Source: Camelus dromedarius
Taxonomy: Eukaryota
NCBI RefSeq assembly: GCF_036321535.1
Contig: NC_087447.1
Span: forward strand, 42,596,001-42,660,000
Length of the DNA stretch: 64,000 nt
Direction of reading: 5' to 3'
Part shown: positions 14,830 to 28,267 of the stretch, one piece after another
Numbering within the stretch: position 1 is the stretch's first letter
How the letters are laid out: the number at the start of each line of letters is the position of its first letter
The notes under the pieces: model-generated
Databases searched by the model: none
What the model saw: only the letters and a program-made list of their open reading frames with translations
Told to the model about the DNA's origin: nothing
Made by a program: the position numbers and the translations under genes

Positions 14830-16410
14830 TGACTCACAGGTGCCAAATTTTCAACAGGCATTCAGGGACACTGACTGCAGGGATAGAAAGATGTTTTTAG
14901 AAAGTAAATAAAAGTGAGCATAGTTGGGTGGGTAAGAACATAGGCGTTGGAGTCAGCCAGGCTGGGTATGATCTCTTCTGTGATTTTGTGTTATACTACT
15001 TACATCTCTAAGCTTCATTTTCTTAATGTGTAAATGAGGATAGTCACTAGACTTAATGTAAGAGTTCAGTGGGATAATCCACAAAGGACTTGGTGTGGTG
15101 CCTGGCACATGGTAGATGCTCAATAAATAATAACTTATTATGACTGTGGCTTTTGTTATACAGAATCCTAAGGAGGGGGAAAAGACCTGAGTTCTGGTCC
15201 TCTCTATGCCACTAACTTGCTGTGTGATTTGGGGCAAGTTAGATGACTTCTCTGGTTTTATTTTCTTCTTGTTAAATGAAGGGGTGGCCCACGTGAGCCC
15301 TGGGGCCATACTTAGCTCTGAGCCTTGGGTAACAAACATTTACTAGGAATACAAAATGAATTGGATCTTGTCCTGGGGGACCTCCTGATCTACTGGGGGA
15401 AGAATCATCTGTTCATCATGAATGTATTCATTCATCCATGCAACAAATATTTTTTTCATGCAACAAATATTTAATGAGCATCTACTATGCCAGATATTGG
15501 GTGAGGTGCTGGAGACAACATGGTTAGTGACACAGACACAAAAAAGCGTATAGTGTCATAGATGCTATAATGGGCTTGGACAAAACTCTGTGTGAGGAGA
15601 GGAAGGGGCAGCAGTTAATTTTGCATGGGTTTTTGGAAAGAGTAGAGCAAATCCTCAAGAGATTTGGGTCTTGAAAGAATATATAAATTTTCATATAAAT
15701 AGGAGGAAGAACATTCAAAAAAAGGGAGTGACATAGGCCAAAGGATGGAGTACTCGGCATGTTGGGGGCTGATGAAAAGCCTGATTTGGCTAGTTGGTAA
15801 GGTGCATAGGGCTTAGCAGGAGAATGAGATTAGAATAGGGTGGGGTTAGGCTGTGAAGAGCCTTGAGTGCCAAGCTCAGGGGGGTAGACCTAATCTTTTA
15901 GGGGGCCATTGAAGGTTTTTAGGCAGGCAAGTGCCAAAAGTAGGTGTTTTGGAAAGACAGTATTCTATGGATTTCCTAAAAACACCTCACAGAGTTTATT
16001 TACATGTGACAAAAGCTAGAATCATCATCCCTGTGCCTGAAACCATGTCAGACCCTGAGACAAGGGCTCTTGGTATCAGACTCCTAGGTGGAGACACGTG
16101 GCTCCCATGTGCTTCTGCTGAGACACAGAGAACCTTATCTCCCTGACGGCAGCCAGGTGACAGCCTCCCTTTCTGGAATCAGGAAGGAACCAAAAAGCCA
16201 CGGAGACTCCAGAGTAAATGTCACCAAAACTCATACACTTTTGTCCAGGTGTTTTCAACTCTGTGTCGCATGAAAATGTCTTGATTTTTTTTTTAATTCA
16301 AATAAAGAGTTGTAGCTTGAACCAGAGGATGCTACACATAACCCTGGTTAGGCCCATGAGAGTGTGCCTGGCATACGTCACAGCAGAAAATAGTTGAAAA
16401 CGGCTTCTTT

Positions 16411-16588
16411 GGGGGGAGGGATGGGGGAGGGTATAGCTCAGTTGTACTGTGCTTAGCATGCATAAGGTCCTGGGTTCAATCCCCAGTACCTCCACTAAAT
16501 CAAACAAACAAACAAAAAAACCTAATCACCCCTCCCAAACAAAACAAAGAAACAAAAAAGTAAAAATAAATAAATTGAAAATTAAAAA
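16411..16588 (+). mobile_element. tRNA-Ala-derived SINE (Vic-1-like)
   Basis: ggggagggtatagctcag...gcttagcatgcataaggtcctgggttcaatccccagtacctcca, followed by an A-rich tail. Confidence 0.88.
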
Positions 16589-17820
16589 GCAACAACTGCT
16601 GCTTTGGCCATGCAGAGGCCTTTTCGGGTCCTCGCTCAGAGCCTATTTAATTTTTAACTTCAACATCTATTTCAGACAAGTTTGATATGTGGTTTCAAGC
16701 CCAGAAGAATAGAAATTACATTGAGAAGGGGCAGCTGAGGCTGCCACAGGCTAGCCCACTGGCTGGGAGAGCAGGGAGCGCAGTAGCCTCGCTGACCTGT
16801 GCTGAGCTTATGAGGCCTAGGCACGTCCCGAGTGCCCTCGACACGGCACATTCCTCACAGCTGCCCATGTGGTAGACACGACCCTTTCCTGATTGTACAC
16901 AGGAGGCCACTCTGGCTTAGAGATTTAAGTAACTGGCTCGAGATCACAGCAGGACAAAGTTGCAGGGGACTTTGGGACTCCAGGGCCTGAGTTCTTACCT
17001 ACAACACTTGAGCGCTTTTCTCATGATGGTTGGAGCAAGTGACGAGACACAGTAGTTCTTAAAAGCAGAGGGAATCTTAAAAGATGGCAGTCTGGAAGCA
17101 TTTGGCGTGGTGGCAAAGAGCTCTCCAGCGCAGCAGCAGGCATGGTGCTGTGAACTCCCTAATGGTGAACTCCCAACATCAGAGGGAGCTACGGATTTGA
17201 GGTGGAGACTGCAGCAATGGAATTCAAGATTAAAGAAAACGTGCCCTTACTCATATGTGACATATTTTATGTTCACTAAAATAAAAGGATAAGAAGAGAC
17301 CACATGAATAGGGTACCAGAGAAATTGTACATGCGTGAAATTAGTGATTGTATTATCCTATGAATTTCCATCTACCATTCCTTGGCTAGGAGAAACATTT
17401 TCAAGAACTCCTCCCACACAGTTCCAATGATGTTCTTATGATTTGTCTGGTTTTGTGGCACATAATATGTATACAAAGAGGCATTTTTTTTCTGCGTGGC
17501 ATTTGAAAAATATTGTGTTTTGTATATGCTTGATTTGAATTATGATTGTAAGAAACAGGCTAAACCTTGAAATGCTACTGATACATCAAGGAATATGTGG
17601 ACCAAGAGTTGACCTTTGGGACATAGCAACATGGAGATCACTGGTGAACCCAACAAGAGCTTTGCAGGAATGGTGGGGGCCAGGGTTGGTGGGACTGGGT
17701 TTGAGAGAGAAAAGAATTAGAGACAGTGAGTGTTGACACTTCTTTCAAGGAGTTTTGCTACAAAGGGGAACAGAGACATGGATGGAAGCTGGAGGTAGAA
17801 GTAAGGTCAAGAGAGGGTCT

Positions 17821-17967
17821 TTTTTTTTTTTTAACCATCTTTATTGTGGTGTGATTCCTGTACAGTAAACTACACATATTTCAGATGTACAATTTGATGA
17901 ATTTTGATAACAGTATACACCTATGAAACCACCACCACAATCAAGATGGCTAACATTTCCATCATTC
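17821..17967 (-). mobile_element. Short L1 3'-end fragment with perfect TSD
   Basis: T-tract followed by an L1M-type 3' end (tacaatttgatgaattttga...accaccacaatcaagat). AGAGAGGGTCTTTT is repeated at 17810 and 17968. Confidence 0.85.
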
Positions 17968-18382
17968 AGAGAGGGTCTTTTTAATTGGAGACGTAACAGC
18001 ATGTTTGCATGCTGATGGGAAAGATGCAGAGAGAGAACATGTTCATTGTAGGAAAGGAAGGACAGTGGGACAGGGACAGTGCGCTTGATCTGGTGAGAGA
18101 ACATAGAGGGTAAGCAAAGTGGAGGGATGGGCCTTGGCTGCACAGAGGGCTCGTCTGAGGGAAGAAGAAACAGGAAAGGTGGGTGCAGATGCCAGTGGGT
18201 GAGCAGAGGTGGTGGGGTTGTGGAAGTTCTCTCCTATTGCCTTCTTAGTACCAGAGGGGTCATTGTTCTCATGGCAGCTACAGAGGAGGCATTTCTCAGA
18301 ACCTTATTTTAAAATGAAAGAAAGAGTGAGCTGACAAATAACTAAGCCATACAAATGCAAAATATGTCCTTTATGCAAACAG

Positions 18383-18462
18383 AGGACTACCAGGAACTCA
18401 TTGAAGACATAGTTCGAGATGGCAGGCTCTACGCATCTGAGAACCATCAGGAAATACTTAAG
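18383..18462 (+). CDS. SCUBE2: SCUBE2 penultimate coding exon, 80 nt, phase 1-0
   Basis: Boundaries gcaaacag|AG...AAG|gtgagt. Translates (E)[26 protein letters not shown]. Confidence 0.96.
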
Positions 18463-19002
18463 GTGAGTATGTACCTAAAATGGGCACAGCAGTCACACAA
18501 AGGGCTCTCCAAGCACCACTGAGGAAGGATTTCCCCCTGCCCCATATTGCTACCTTTCAGACAGTAAGCCTGCTCTGGGCTGAGGTCAGTTTTGTATCTT
18601 ACCAGATTTTTTTTTTTAAGTTCTAGTGGCAGTTTTTAGTGTTGTCAAGTAAAGTTGTATGTTTTTCATTTAGAAATATGTGGAGGAGCAGTGGGAAACT
18701 TGTTTACCATAAATCCAAGCCAGTGGCAAATAGTGTTTTCATGTTCATTCTCCAAATAGTTGAAGATTCTTGGCTCCTTGTTCATCCTTCAAGGCTGAAG
18801 TTCACCAAATTTTAGATACTTTTAAGTATAAATAAACAGTTGCCACACCACTAACCCTATAAATATTCCCCAAATTCCAAAGTTGTCATCTGGTTTAGAA
18901 AAACAATTTTTTATGTATCAAATTTTCTTTTATACAAGTAATATGTGCTTTTTGTAGATAATTAGGAAAAATAAAAATTGGAAAAAAAGATAAAAATCAG
19001 AG

Positions 19003-19135
19003 GCTGGGGATGGGTATAGCTCAATGGTAGAGCACATGCTTAGCATGCATGAGGTCCTGGGTTCAGTCCCCAGTACCTCCATTAAATAATCAAACAAACT
19101 TAATTACCCTCCCTCCCAAAAAATTTTTCAAAAAA
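19003..19135 (+). mobile_element. tRNA-Ala-derived SINE (Vic-1-like) in the last SCUBE2 intron
   Basis: A-box tagctcaatgg, B-box ggttcagtcc, A-tail. TSD aaaaatcagag at 18992-19002 and 19136-19146. Confidence 0.9.
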
Positions 19136-19267
19136 AAAAATCAGAGAAACAATTTTCACAAAGTGTTTTTCAGCTAATCAACCTATTGCCTAACCGTGAG
19201 ATGTTATACTTCAATGTTGTAATGTTTAAATATTTTGGCCCAGTAACAAAAATTATGTTCTTTTTAG

Positions 19268-19420
<153 letters not shown>

Positions 19421-20605
19421 GTCTGCCCACGTGCCACTCAGCACAATGTTCGGCCCATGGGCTGGTGGGACACAGCCATCTGTTTCTGCAGCCAGCAGAG
19501 TCGGATAATGCTGCCTCTAGTAGCAGTGACTGGTTAGAGTTCAATTTTTATAGATAATACAGATATTTTGGTAAATGGAACTTGGTTTTTCTTTCCCAGC
19601 GTTGTGGATGTGGACTGAGAATGGCATTGAGTCTTACCCGCTTCTCACTGCTGTGGGCAGATGTCTTGGATTCATCAAGTGCTGGCTGAGTGGGACTTCA
19701 GTCAGCGCAGGTGAGACTCACCTGTCCTTCTTGGTCCTCACTCCTCTTCCCGGACGGGAGGCCCCAGAAGGGCTGCCTTGTCCCAAACGTCACCTTCTTC
19801 CAGCAGAGCCCTCTGTCAGGGGGCCCTCTGCAGTCAGATGCAGGCTCTGACCAGGCAGAGCAGGACAAGGGGAGGGAGAGCTATCCAGGTACCATCCACC
19901 TGCCCGAGACCTGGGAGGACTTGATTTCTGCACAGTCTTCTCCAGGCTGTGTGACCTAAGTTTGATCCCAGCAGCTTGAGTTCTAAGCAGTGATCACTAA
20001 AAAAGACTTAAAGCAGAAAGAATTTGAAATCAGAAGATAGAAACTAAGCACTTCCACAGACATCCTCATGTAGACCTATTGATGGCCGTCCTTGTTCCAG
20101 TTTCCACCTCGTAGCAAGTGCACAGAGCTAGTCTTACACCCCCAGCTGTGCCTTCAGACACAACCTGGGCACCGCAGTAGGGCCTGGAGAGTTCAGATTG
20201 GATGTGATCTCCTTGATGGATGAGAATCATCTGTCATCATGAAAAGGAGACTTCACAAACCCTCAGTCCGTACCGCCAAGGGTCCTCTCTCGCCATGGGC
20301 TTCCCCCTCCAGGGTGTCCTGGGTCCAGGTGGGACATGGGGCAGACCCGCTTCTCATGTTTGCCTTCCCCATCTCCAAGGTCAGAGACTGACCCGGCTCT
20401 GAAGGCACAAACGGCAGTGTTCAGGGTGGTCTCTCTCCCTGAGTGCTCACACCACTGCCAGAAGCAGCTACACAAATCCGGGCCTCTAAGCACCACAGAA
20501 CCCTCTCACTTTCAGGCAGCCCCACGGGCCCTCACAATCCTTTTCTCCCATAGGAACTTGATTTTTCAATATTACTGAATTTTTAAAAATTGAAATCCAC
20601 AGGTG

Positions 20606-20611
20606 AATAAA
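20606..20611 (+). terminator. SCUBE2: Candidate SCUBE2 poly(A) signal (first AATAAA after the stop)
   Basis: gtgAATAAAaaag, about 1.19 kb after TGA. Before it I saw only a weak ACTAAA variant (19996-20001). Confidence 0.4.
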
Positions 20612-21349
20612 AAAGAACCCTATCAAACAAGCTGCCATTTCCCTAATGATTAGGCTGACTACTCACAACCATAGTGTTTAATTTCAATAACAAACTAACT
20701 CTGTACACCATCAATTCCCTATGCCAAAGTACAAAAAAAGGTTAACAAATATTTTTAAAGAAAACAAAGACTATCTCATTTATTGTTGAACTCACTTTTC
20801 ACCTCAGTGGTTTTTTTTATAACCTATCTAATCAAATCTTTCTTCTTTATTTGGATGGTCCTAAACACCCATCTCTAAGTTTTCCTTCAAAAATTTGAAC
20901 GTCTTCATTTTAAAAAATAATCATTAATACAAGTGCTTGGAATTTGTCATGCCAGAATTTGAACTACATTTCTGAGTCTGACCATAAGATGAAAATTCAA
21001 ATGTAATATAACATTAGTTAATGACCTGACTGATGTGGGAGTGAGGTGAGCAGAATTGCACCATCCTGTCCAAGCATGTTAGTAACTTTGTGTTTAAGAC
21101 TGTCTGATTCTGTATCACTGATTTCAGGAGAAGGCTAAGGCTGGCAGTACACTGGGGGTTGGAAGGAGGCTGCCTAAACCTGGTCTCTGTGAAGCATCCC
21201 TCAGGAGCCGGCCCATGCACGAGCCACTGAGGCCCTCCTGAATTTTCCTCTCTGTACCCATCAACCACTCTAAGAGGCTCTGTGGTCCTGTTGGAAGACT
21301 GGCTAGCAGGGGTTACTGTTTCTCCCTGCTAAAGCATACATAATTATCC

Positions 21350-22170
21350 AACATCTGCTCTTTGCCAGGCACTATCCTAGGCCCTAGGGACACGCCGTGA
21401 CAAGACAGACAAGGTCTTGTTATTTTAGAGCTTACATTTTAGAGGGAGGAGACAGACAATGAACAAATCAACATGAAAAGTATCAGCTAGTAGTAAGTGC
21501 TATGCTGAAAATTAAAATAGGTTAATGTAGCAGACAACTGCATGTCTGCTTTAGGTTTGGGAATTGTGGAGGTCTCCCTGGGGAAATGACATTTCAACTG
21601 AAAAATAAATGGCAAGAAGAAACCAGCCTTGGGAAAGTCAGGAGGAGGGACATTCCAGATCAAGGAAAGCCAAGTGCAAATGCTATCAGGCAAGAACAAG
21701 CATGTGTGTAGGTCACAGCCTAGTGCGAAGGCAAGTGGTACAAGATGAGGCCAGGAAACTGGACAGGGGCCAGAGCATACTGGGTTTTGGAATCCAGAAT
21801 GGGGGCTTTGGGTTTAATTCTAAATATGTTGTGAAACTTTTGGAGGGGTTTAAACAGAAAAGTGGGATGATCTGATTTATGTTTTTAAAAGGTAGCTCTG
21901 AGTACTACATGAGAATAGATTTTAGAAAGTAGGCATTGGAGGCAGAGAGCAGTTAACAAACCAAGCAGCCATCCAGTGGGAGCTGAGGTTGTCTGGGCTG
22001 AGGTGCTAGTAGTGGAGAGGAGAGAATAGGAGGATTCTGGACATGTTTGGGGAGAGAGTCAGCAGAACTTGCTGCTGCCTAGATGGAAGGGGAAGGAAAA
22101 GACAGCAACTAAAGATGACCTCTAGTTGCCTGAGCAACTGGGAGATGGAGGATACTGCAGGGGGAGCAGG
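21350..22170 (-). mobile_element. LINE-2 fragment
   Basis: Antisense L2 3' motifs (tgccaggcactatcctaggccctagggacac; ggagcttacatttta; gtgggatgatctgatttatgttttt). Confidence 0.7.
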
Positions 22171-22184
22171 TTTGGGACATACAA

Positions 22185-22680
22185 CAATTTTAAAACTCAT
22201 CTACAAATTCTTTGATGTTCCTCCCATGGAAACTTAGGGGTCTTTTACCCTTCCTAAATCTGGGATCTGTGACTGCTTAACCAATACACATAGCAGAAGT
22301 AACATTTTACCAGTTTTTGGGCCCAGGACTTCAGACACTGGCAATTGCCACTTCCTCTTCTTGGGAAACTCACTGGGACCTCAGTCACCATGCCTTGAGG
22401 AAGCCATAGCAGCTTGTGAAGAGGCCATGTGAACAGTCGAACCAAGGCCCCCCCCAGCTCACAGCCCAGGTGACTCCCAGGTGACTCCCAGGTGACAGCA
22501 AAACTTGCCAGCTGAGTGAATGGGCTAACTTAGGTATGGATTCTCCAGCTGATGCTTCACCGAGCAGTCCTTGTTGAGCTAAACCAAAATGACAGACTTA
22601 TGAGCAAAATCAATGATTGTTGTTGTTCTAAGTCACTAGGTTTTGGGTCACTTGTTTATTTCTTATGCACTAATAAGACA
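22185..22680 (+). mobile_element. MaLR (MLT1-type) solo LTR
   Basis: MLT1-like 5' part (acaaattctttgatgttcctcccat) and 3' end (tgagcaaaatcaatgattgttgttgttctaagtcactaggttttggg). Confidence 0.7.
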
Positions 22681-24543
22681 TTGGAAAAGAAGAGAAGATC
22701 AAGAGTTCAGTTTTGGCCATTCTAAGTAGGAGATGACTATTAGATACCCAGATAATGAGTTCAAATAGGCAACAGATCCCAGGAGAGCTCAGGGCTGGAA
22801 TATGAATTCTAATGTCACAGAATGAAGAATGAGATGGGTTGAGATCACCCGGGAAAAATATGTAGGTAAAAGAAGACCAGGGAACTCTGAATTCTGGGGT
22901 CCCTGTTGGCCACAGGGACAGAACTTCCAGGAGCTGCTGATTAAGTAAACAGGAAGAGGTCCGAGCTGAGCTTTGCATGCCCTCCACGAATGCAAGTTCC
23001 TGTGGGAGAACTCTGGGTGGGAGCAGGGCCTGCACACGGCCTGCCCTCCAGCTGTGCATATTGTTATGGAGCCATTTACTGAAGTGCTGCTTTTATGGAT
23101 TTAGCCACGTTTCCCTTGAGTTTCCAATGCTAATAAAAGAGTGCTTGCCTTTTCACACAAACAGCTGATTATCTTCACTTTGGAAAATTGCTTCCTCTGA
23201 ATCATTCTCTGAGCTGTTAAGTGTGTCGTCTGTAGGCACTGACTGGATTTAGGTTTGCAGGTGATTTTATAATCGTCATGTGGAAACTTGGGAAAGGCAG
23301 CGACTGCACCACACAAAGCAAGGACTTGAGAACCTTTGCAGGAAGATGTAACAGGGCTGCTGCCTGCGGCTGACCGCTGCAGCTGGTGGGCCTGGGTGCT
23401 GGGAAACCCAGGGCGCCCACACCAGGCCTAGCCTCCATCTCCTCCGCTCAGACTAGATACCTCTGACTGGGGCTGTCAGTATCTCTGCTTCCTTTCACAC
23501 AGCAGGATGGGGCCTGGGAGCCTTACCCACGTCTACATCACTCTTAGCCAGTGTTTAGGAGGCACGTGGATTAGGTAAGGCTGGAGTAAAGCGGCTCCTC
23601 ACCAAGTCGCGGGAGCCCCATTACCCATGACCTTCTTGCCAGGTAAGCCAACAGCTGCCTCTGAATCCAGATCCTGTGCATGGCCAGTAGGGCCCATCCA
23701 TCCACAGGAAATTAGAAGCCTTGATGAGGCTTCCTCTCTGTAACATCTGCTCCAGGGGCTTGTGCACCCAGCTCAGGGGTGTCCTGAATATTTGTGGTAC
23801 TCTGCTTCCCTCTCCCTTCAGGCAGTTCTGATCAGCCTGCAGGAGACCAACCTCAGCGGCCTAATGGCCCCGCAAGGCTGTTCCTGTGACTGACAGCCAC
23901 AAAGACATAACCACTCAGCAGGGATCACTCTCCAGAGAGCACACTAGGATCAAAATAGATTTAGAAGGTGAAACCATTCTAATTCACAGGCAGGTTGCTG
24001 TCGCTGAATAAAAGAAATACAAATTAAACCCACCTATCGTAAACAATGATCATAACTCAACATTGCATGGTTTTCAGAGTATCTCATTAGGGGAATGTGA
24101 CTACAGGCCTTAGTGACTAATAATTCTTTGTTATATGTTTTCTCATTCATTCATTATATAACATATTTGCTGAGGGCTTACAAAGTGCTTGGTATTGAGG
24201 AATTGGTGATACTGTAATGGGCAAAATGCTCTCATGGAGTTTAGATTCTAGTGGGGGGAGACAGAAAATAAACAGAGTGTAAAGTCAAGGGTGATAACTG
24301 TTATAAATAAAATAGAAAAAGGTAAAAGGGTAGAGAATGAGGAGGTGGTGGGAAGAAGCTGGTACTTTAGATGGGGTGAGCACATTGCAGGAACCATGAA
24401 TCCAGGCCCCTTCCAGGGCACTGGCTCGGAAACCAAGCCTGGCAGGTCCTCTACCCCTCACCTCCACCCCCACACCCCCAAAAGAACTTGGCCTCTCATC
24501 TCAGGCCAGTTGTGAACGAGCCGTTTTGCAATTCCTAGAACAG

Positions 24544-24557
24544 GCGCCACCTAGTAG
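24544..24557 (-). promoter_or_regulatory. Candidate CTCF site between SCUBE2 and NRIP3
   Basis: Minus strand CTACTAGGTGGCGC, one mismatch from the core CCACTAGGTGGCGC. Confidence 0.55.
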
Positions 24558-24831
24558 TTGTAAATGGAAAACACCTTGTTTCAATCATCCCACTGCCTCT
24601 GGAGCTTAAATGCTCATAATTCAAGACAAAATGTTACCAATGGGATGCTGGGGGCTAGGGCTGTGGTTTGACAACTGAGGTCGTGTTGTTTCATATAGCC
24701 CTCAAGAATGTATCTTTTTAGATTTTTTCCTTCCCTCTGCCTGGCCTAATGCCTAATGACCAGGTGAGAAGTCATTGGTCATTAGGTCCTTTCAAACTAT
24801 CCGCAATGCTCTGAATCATGTCTGTGTCCAA

Positions 24832-24836
24832 ACACA

Positions 24837-24868
<32 letters not shown>

Positions 24869-24872
24869 TACA
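24832..24872. repeat. (CA)n microsatellite
   Basis: Direct observation. Confidence 0.95.
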
Positions 24873-25832
24873 CTCACCCCCCTCCCCATTCATTCATTCA
24901 TTGTTCTGGTCTTGTCACCATGCTAGGCTGGATGCATATTGCTGAGATAAGAGGAATAAATATTTGAAAGAATGAGGAGGAACAATCACTCCCAAACTGT
25001 AATCTCGTGTAATTTTTACCACACAAAGTTCCAAGATCTACCTCACCCCACTGACTTGACTGTCCTCTGATCCTGTATACTATCCTAGGACTGAAGGATA
25101 ATTTTGGAATTTTCTGTCTTTCTCCTGTGTAGTGCAAAAAGCAAATACAAACCTACCTCATATCTGAGTTCTGGTGCTGGCTTTGCCTTATTATACACAC
25201 TTTGTGGTTGAAAAAAAAATTAATAGTTGCTGAGCAAGAAGTGGAACCAATGACCCAGGGAGGACAGACCCAGCAATGCGTGACTGACATGGTCATGGCC
25301 AGCGGAAGAGCATGCAGTGAAGAGTGTGAGCTTGGGGTGGACCCTGGCCAGGTCTGCTGGGCTCAGTCCTCTGCAGTCTTGTGTGTAACTCACTGTGCGT
25401 GACCACAAACTGGTCGTCATTACATGGTGCCCATGCAGCTGCAGTATATGATGCCTGTTCATTGTATAAAACTGTGGACAAGACAGCAAGATACTAATGA
25501 CGGGCAAAGCAAGAATATGTGCCCAGAACCCCAAAGTTAGGTCCAGGCGAGTTGGCTTGAGAAAGGCAGATTTTAGCAGCCACATCGGGCTTGAAGTTTT
25601 GAATGATGTGGGTACAACTATAAGAGGCTTGGTGAACCCTTTCACTCAGAGCTTCCAACAAGGAACAGAGGGGACTCAAGCAGCATGACTTACCCAATAT
25701 TCCCTCTCTCAGGACTCCTAATGTACTTTTCTGAGAATGCATTCTCTCTGTTTCCCTTAGTGAAAGATTTCTCTAAAGTTCATGTTTCATAATGCTCATT
25801 TTCTCCAAGACTCCCATTATATCCTCTGCAGT

Positions 25833-26045
25833 ACCTGGATTTGTATCCCAGCACTGCCACTTAATGGCTGTGACCTTGCACAAGTTACTTAACCTCTCTG
25901 TGCCTCAGTTTCCTCATATGGTAAATAAAGATACAGTACTTTCTAGATAGGGTTATTGTGAGAATTAAAGGAGTTCACACCTGGAAAACTCTTTGAAAAC
26001 TGACTGGAATGTAGTATGGGCTCAATAAATGTTAACTATCATCAT
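25833..26045 (+). mobile_element. MIR SINE (other MIR copies at about 2125-2350, 8500-8720, 13778-14020, 14920-15140, 27270-27450, 28725-28930, 50720-50850, 53330-53470)
   Basis: MIR core tgtgaccttgcacaagttacttaacctctctgtgcctcagtttcctcat. Confidence 0.85.
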
Positions 26046-26766
26046 TATCATTATTATCTTTCTTTCATTATTTGAGACAAGAGAAGTTAAATCCAAGATA
26101 CATTATTAAAATGGGTTCACACTCTGCTAGCTTCTCCCATTTCACTGAAACAGAAAGTGGGATGTGTTCTAGGAACAGAAGAGTTAGAGCTTGAAGTAGA
26201 AATGAAAGGCCACGATGCCTAACATGGGTTCTCTCACAAGATTTTCTGAGAACCCCTGTCCTCTCGAGCTGGGAAGCAGAAATGTGCTCTTCCAGTCTCC
26301 TAAGATTCTCAGATCAGAAATAGCACCCATACACAGAGACCTGTCAATCCTTCATCTTTCCTTATTTCCAGGCCTCAGCCTCCGACGTGTGAGGATGGCA
26401 CTACATCTCCTTGCTGAGCTCAGAATCACACATTCTCCAGAACTGCTCATCTCAGCTTGATGTTTCCAGCATGATGAAGTCTACCCTCTGACTCCAGGGA
26501 GGTAGTGTCCAGGGCTGTAGGCAAATAAGGCCAGTGAAGACACTCACTTTCGCAGAGTGTGAAATTGGGTTCCCAAAGTGAGTAATTTGCATGAGCTCCT
26601 GTGGTCAGTGGGACAGTCCTTGATGAGACATGAAGACACAGACCTGGCCGAGGTGAGTCTGACCATCATGCAGCATGTGCCTCAGAGAGCACAGAACTCA
26701 AAATAATCACAGTGACTTATCTCCCCAGGCAGGGCAGAGCTGGGTTAAAATAGGTCAGAGCGAATG

Positions 26767-26768
<2 letters not shown>

Positions 26769-26831
<63 letters not shown>
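26769..26831. repeat. (TG)n microsatellite, about 31 units
   Basis: Direct observation. Confidence 0.97.
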
Positions 26832-26833
<2 letters not shown>

Positions 26834-28267
26834 TGTCTATGTGTGTGTGGTATGCAAGTGTCTGTACGCCTGAGCACCTACACATTCCATAGGGCCCTTG
26901 GCCTCTCTGCTGCCAATGCCCCCAGGCCCAGGGCTTGCCCACTGAGGGCCACTGACCCGTCACTGTCCCACCCAAGCAGCATGCTTAGTTACTTTAAGGG
27001 GAAGGCGGTGGAGGCCCCCGTCCTCCTGAGGTAGACAGAGGTAACCAGTGTGCGTTGAGCTGAGGCCTTCTCACCTCCAGCTGGGTGTGACAGAAAGAGA
27101 TATGAAGCCGACCCACCACGCTGAGACTGGGCTGCATTCTGAGAAGCTTGCTGTCTCCCAAGATCTGTTTCCAGATGGAATAGATCTTGCCTGGCCTCTG
27201 GAGGGCCGCTCTTTCTCTGGGTTCTCTACCTTTGTTGTACAGAGGAAGGAAAGAAGACTAGGACTCATATTTCTTGAGGGTTCACTTTGTGCCAAGCCCT
27301 GTGCTTTACATATTACCTTATTTAAACCACACAGAGCCCCTCCAGATGGATGATAAACTGAGCTCAGAGAGCTGTAGTAACTTGGCCAAGGTCCCACAGC
27401 AAGCAAGGGGCAGAGCAGGGGTTCAAAGCCAAGCCTCTTTCTACCAAGTGCTCTTGCTTGAGATACTGAGATTTCCCCCACATCTTTCTCTCCTCTTTTG
27501 CTGTCTGATTTGAGGTCACAGCCTGTCCTCATCTCAGGAAATGAAACAAAATCACTGCTGACAGGAATGGATCCAAAAGACCCAGCCAACTTTGGAAAAC
27601 ACTAGCGGGGCTGCCGCCAGCCTCATTTTATGAGGCTATGGTGAAGGAAGAAGACAGAAATAACTCTTGTCTTTGCAATAACCTGCCAAAGTAGACACAG
27701 TCTTCAGGGCTGAGTGCCAACCTGTGGGCACCGTGTAGCCAGAAATCCTGGCATACATATAACACCTGCAGTGGACAGCTGTTTGAAGAATCTTCCTGCC
27801 AGAAGGATTAAGGGTGGTGGGGAGGGCACCAGAGGAGGAAGGGGACTTGGCATCTACAAGGATAGGGGTGGTGAGTGAAGGAGATCAGGGCACTGGCCAT
27901 TACTTCCAGGGTGTGCCCAAGAGAAAAATCAGAGCAAAATATGCATGGGTGGGAAGGGAAGGGGGATAAAAATTCCTTGGTTGTCCTCCCTTTCTCCTCT
28001 GCTCTTCTCATCCACTTTTCTGGCTTCACACCCCAGCCTTCATCCCGTAGACCATTCTCAAAGATCTCCCTGTTACCTGAAGACCCAAAGGAGAGTTTCT
28101 AGGTGAACAGATTATAAGCCTAGAGCCTCTGACAGCCATCAGACTAGAGCCTGCTACAGTGGCATCAACTCAGAGCTGAGACACAGTGATAATGTTGTTT
28201 GAGCCCCTGGATCCAGCCACGAAAGAAACCCCTGTACTTTTAAAAGTTAAGGGGACCAAAAACGTTT

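Noticed and set aside
19006..19081. Apparent tRNA-Ala(AGC) gene
   Set aside because: Followed by a SINE tail and A-tract, flanked by a TSD, and present as several diverged copies. It is a SINE head, not a tRNA gene.
20378..20394. AGGTCA-N5-TGACCC as an estrogen response element
   Set aside because: The spacer is 5 bp rather than 3 bp, so a chance match is likely.
22465..22497. 11-bp unit x3 (cccaggtgact), and a similar 19-bp-period duplication at 62108-62142, as array-like repeats
   Set aside because: Short slippage duplications without spacers; no CRISPR-like organisation.
26675..27034. Cys/Val-repeat and His/Thr-repeat ORFs
   Set aside because: These are translations of the (TG)n microsatellite.
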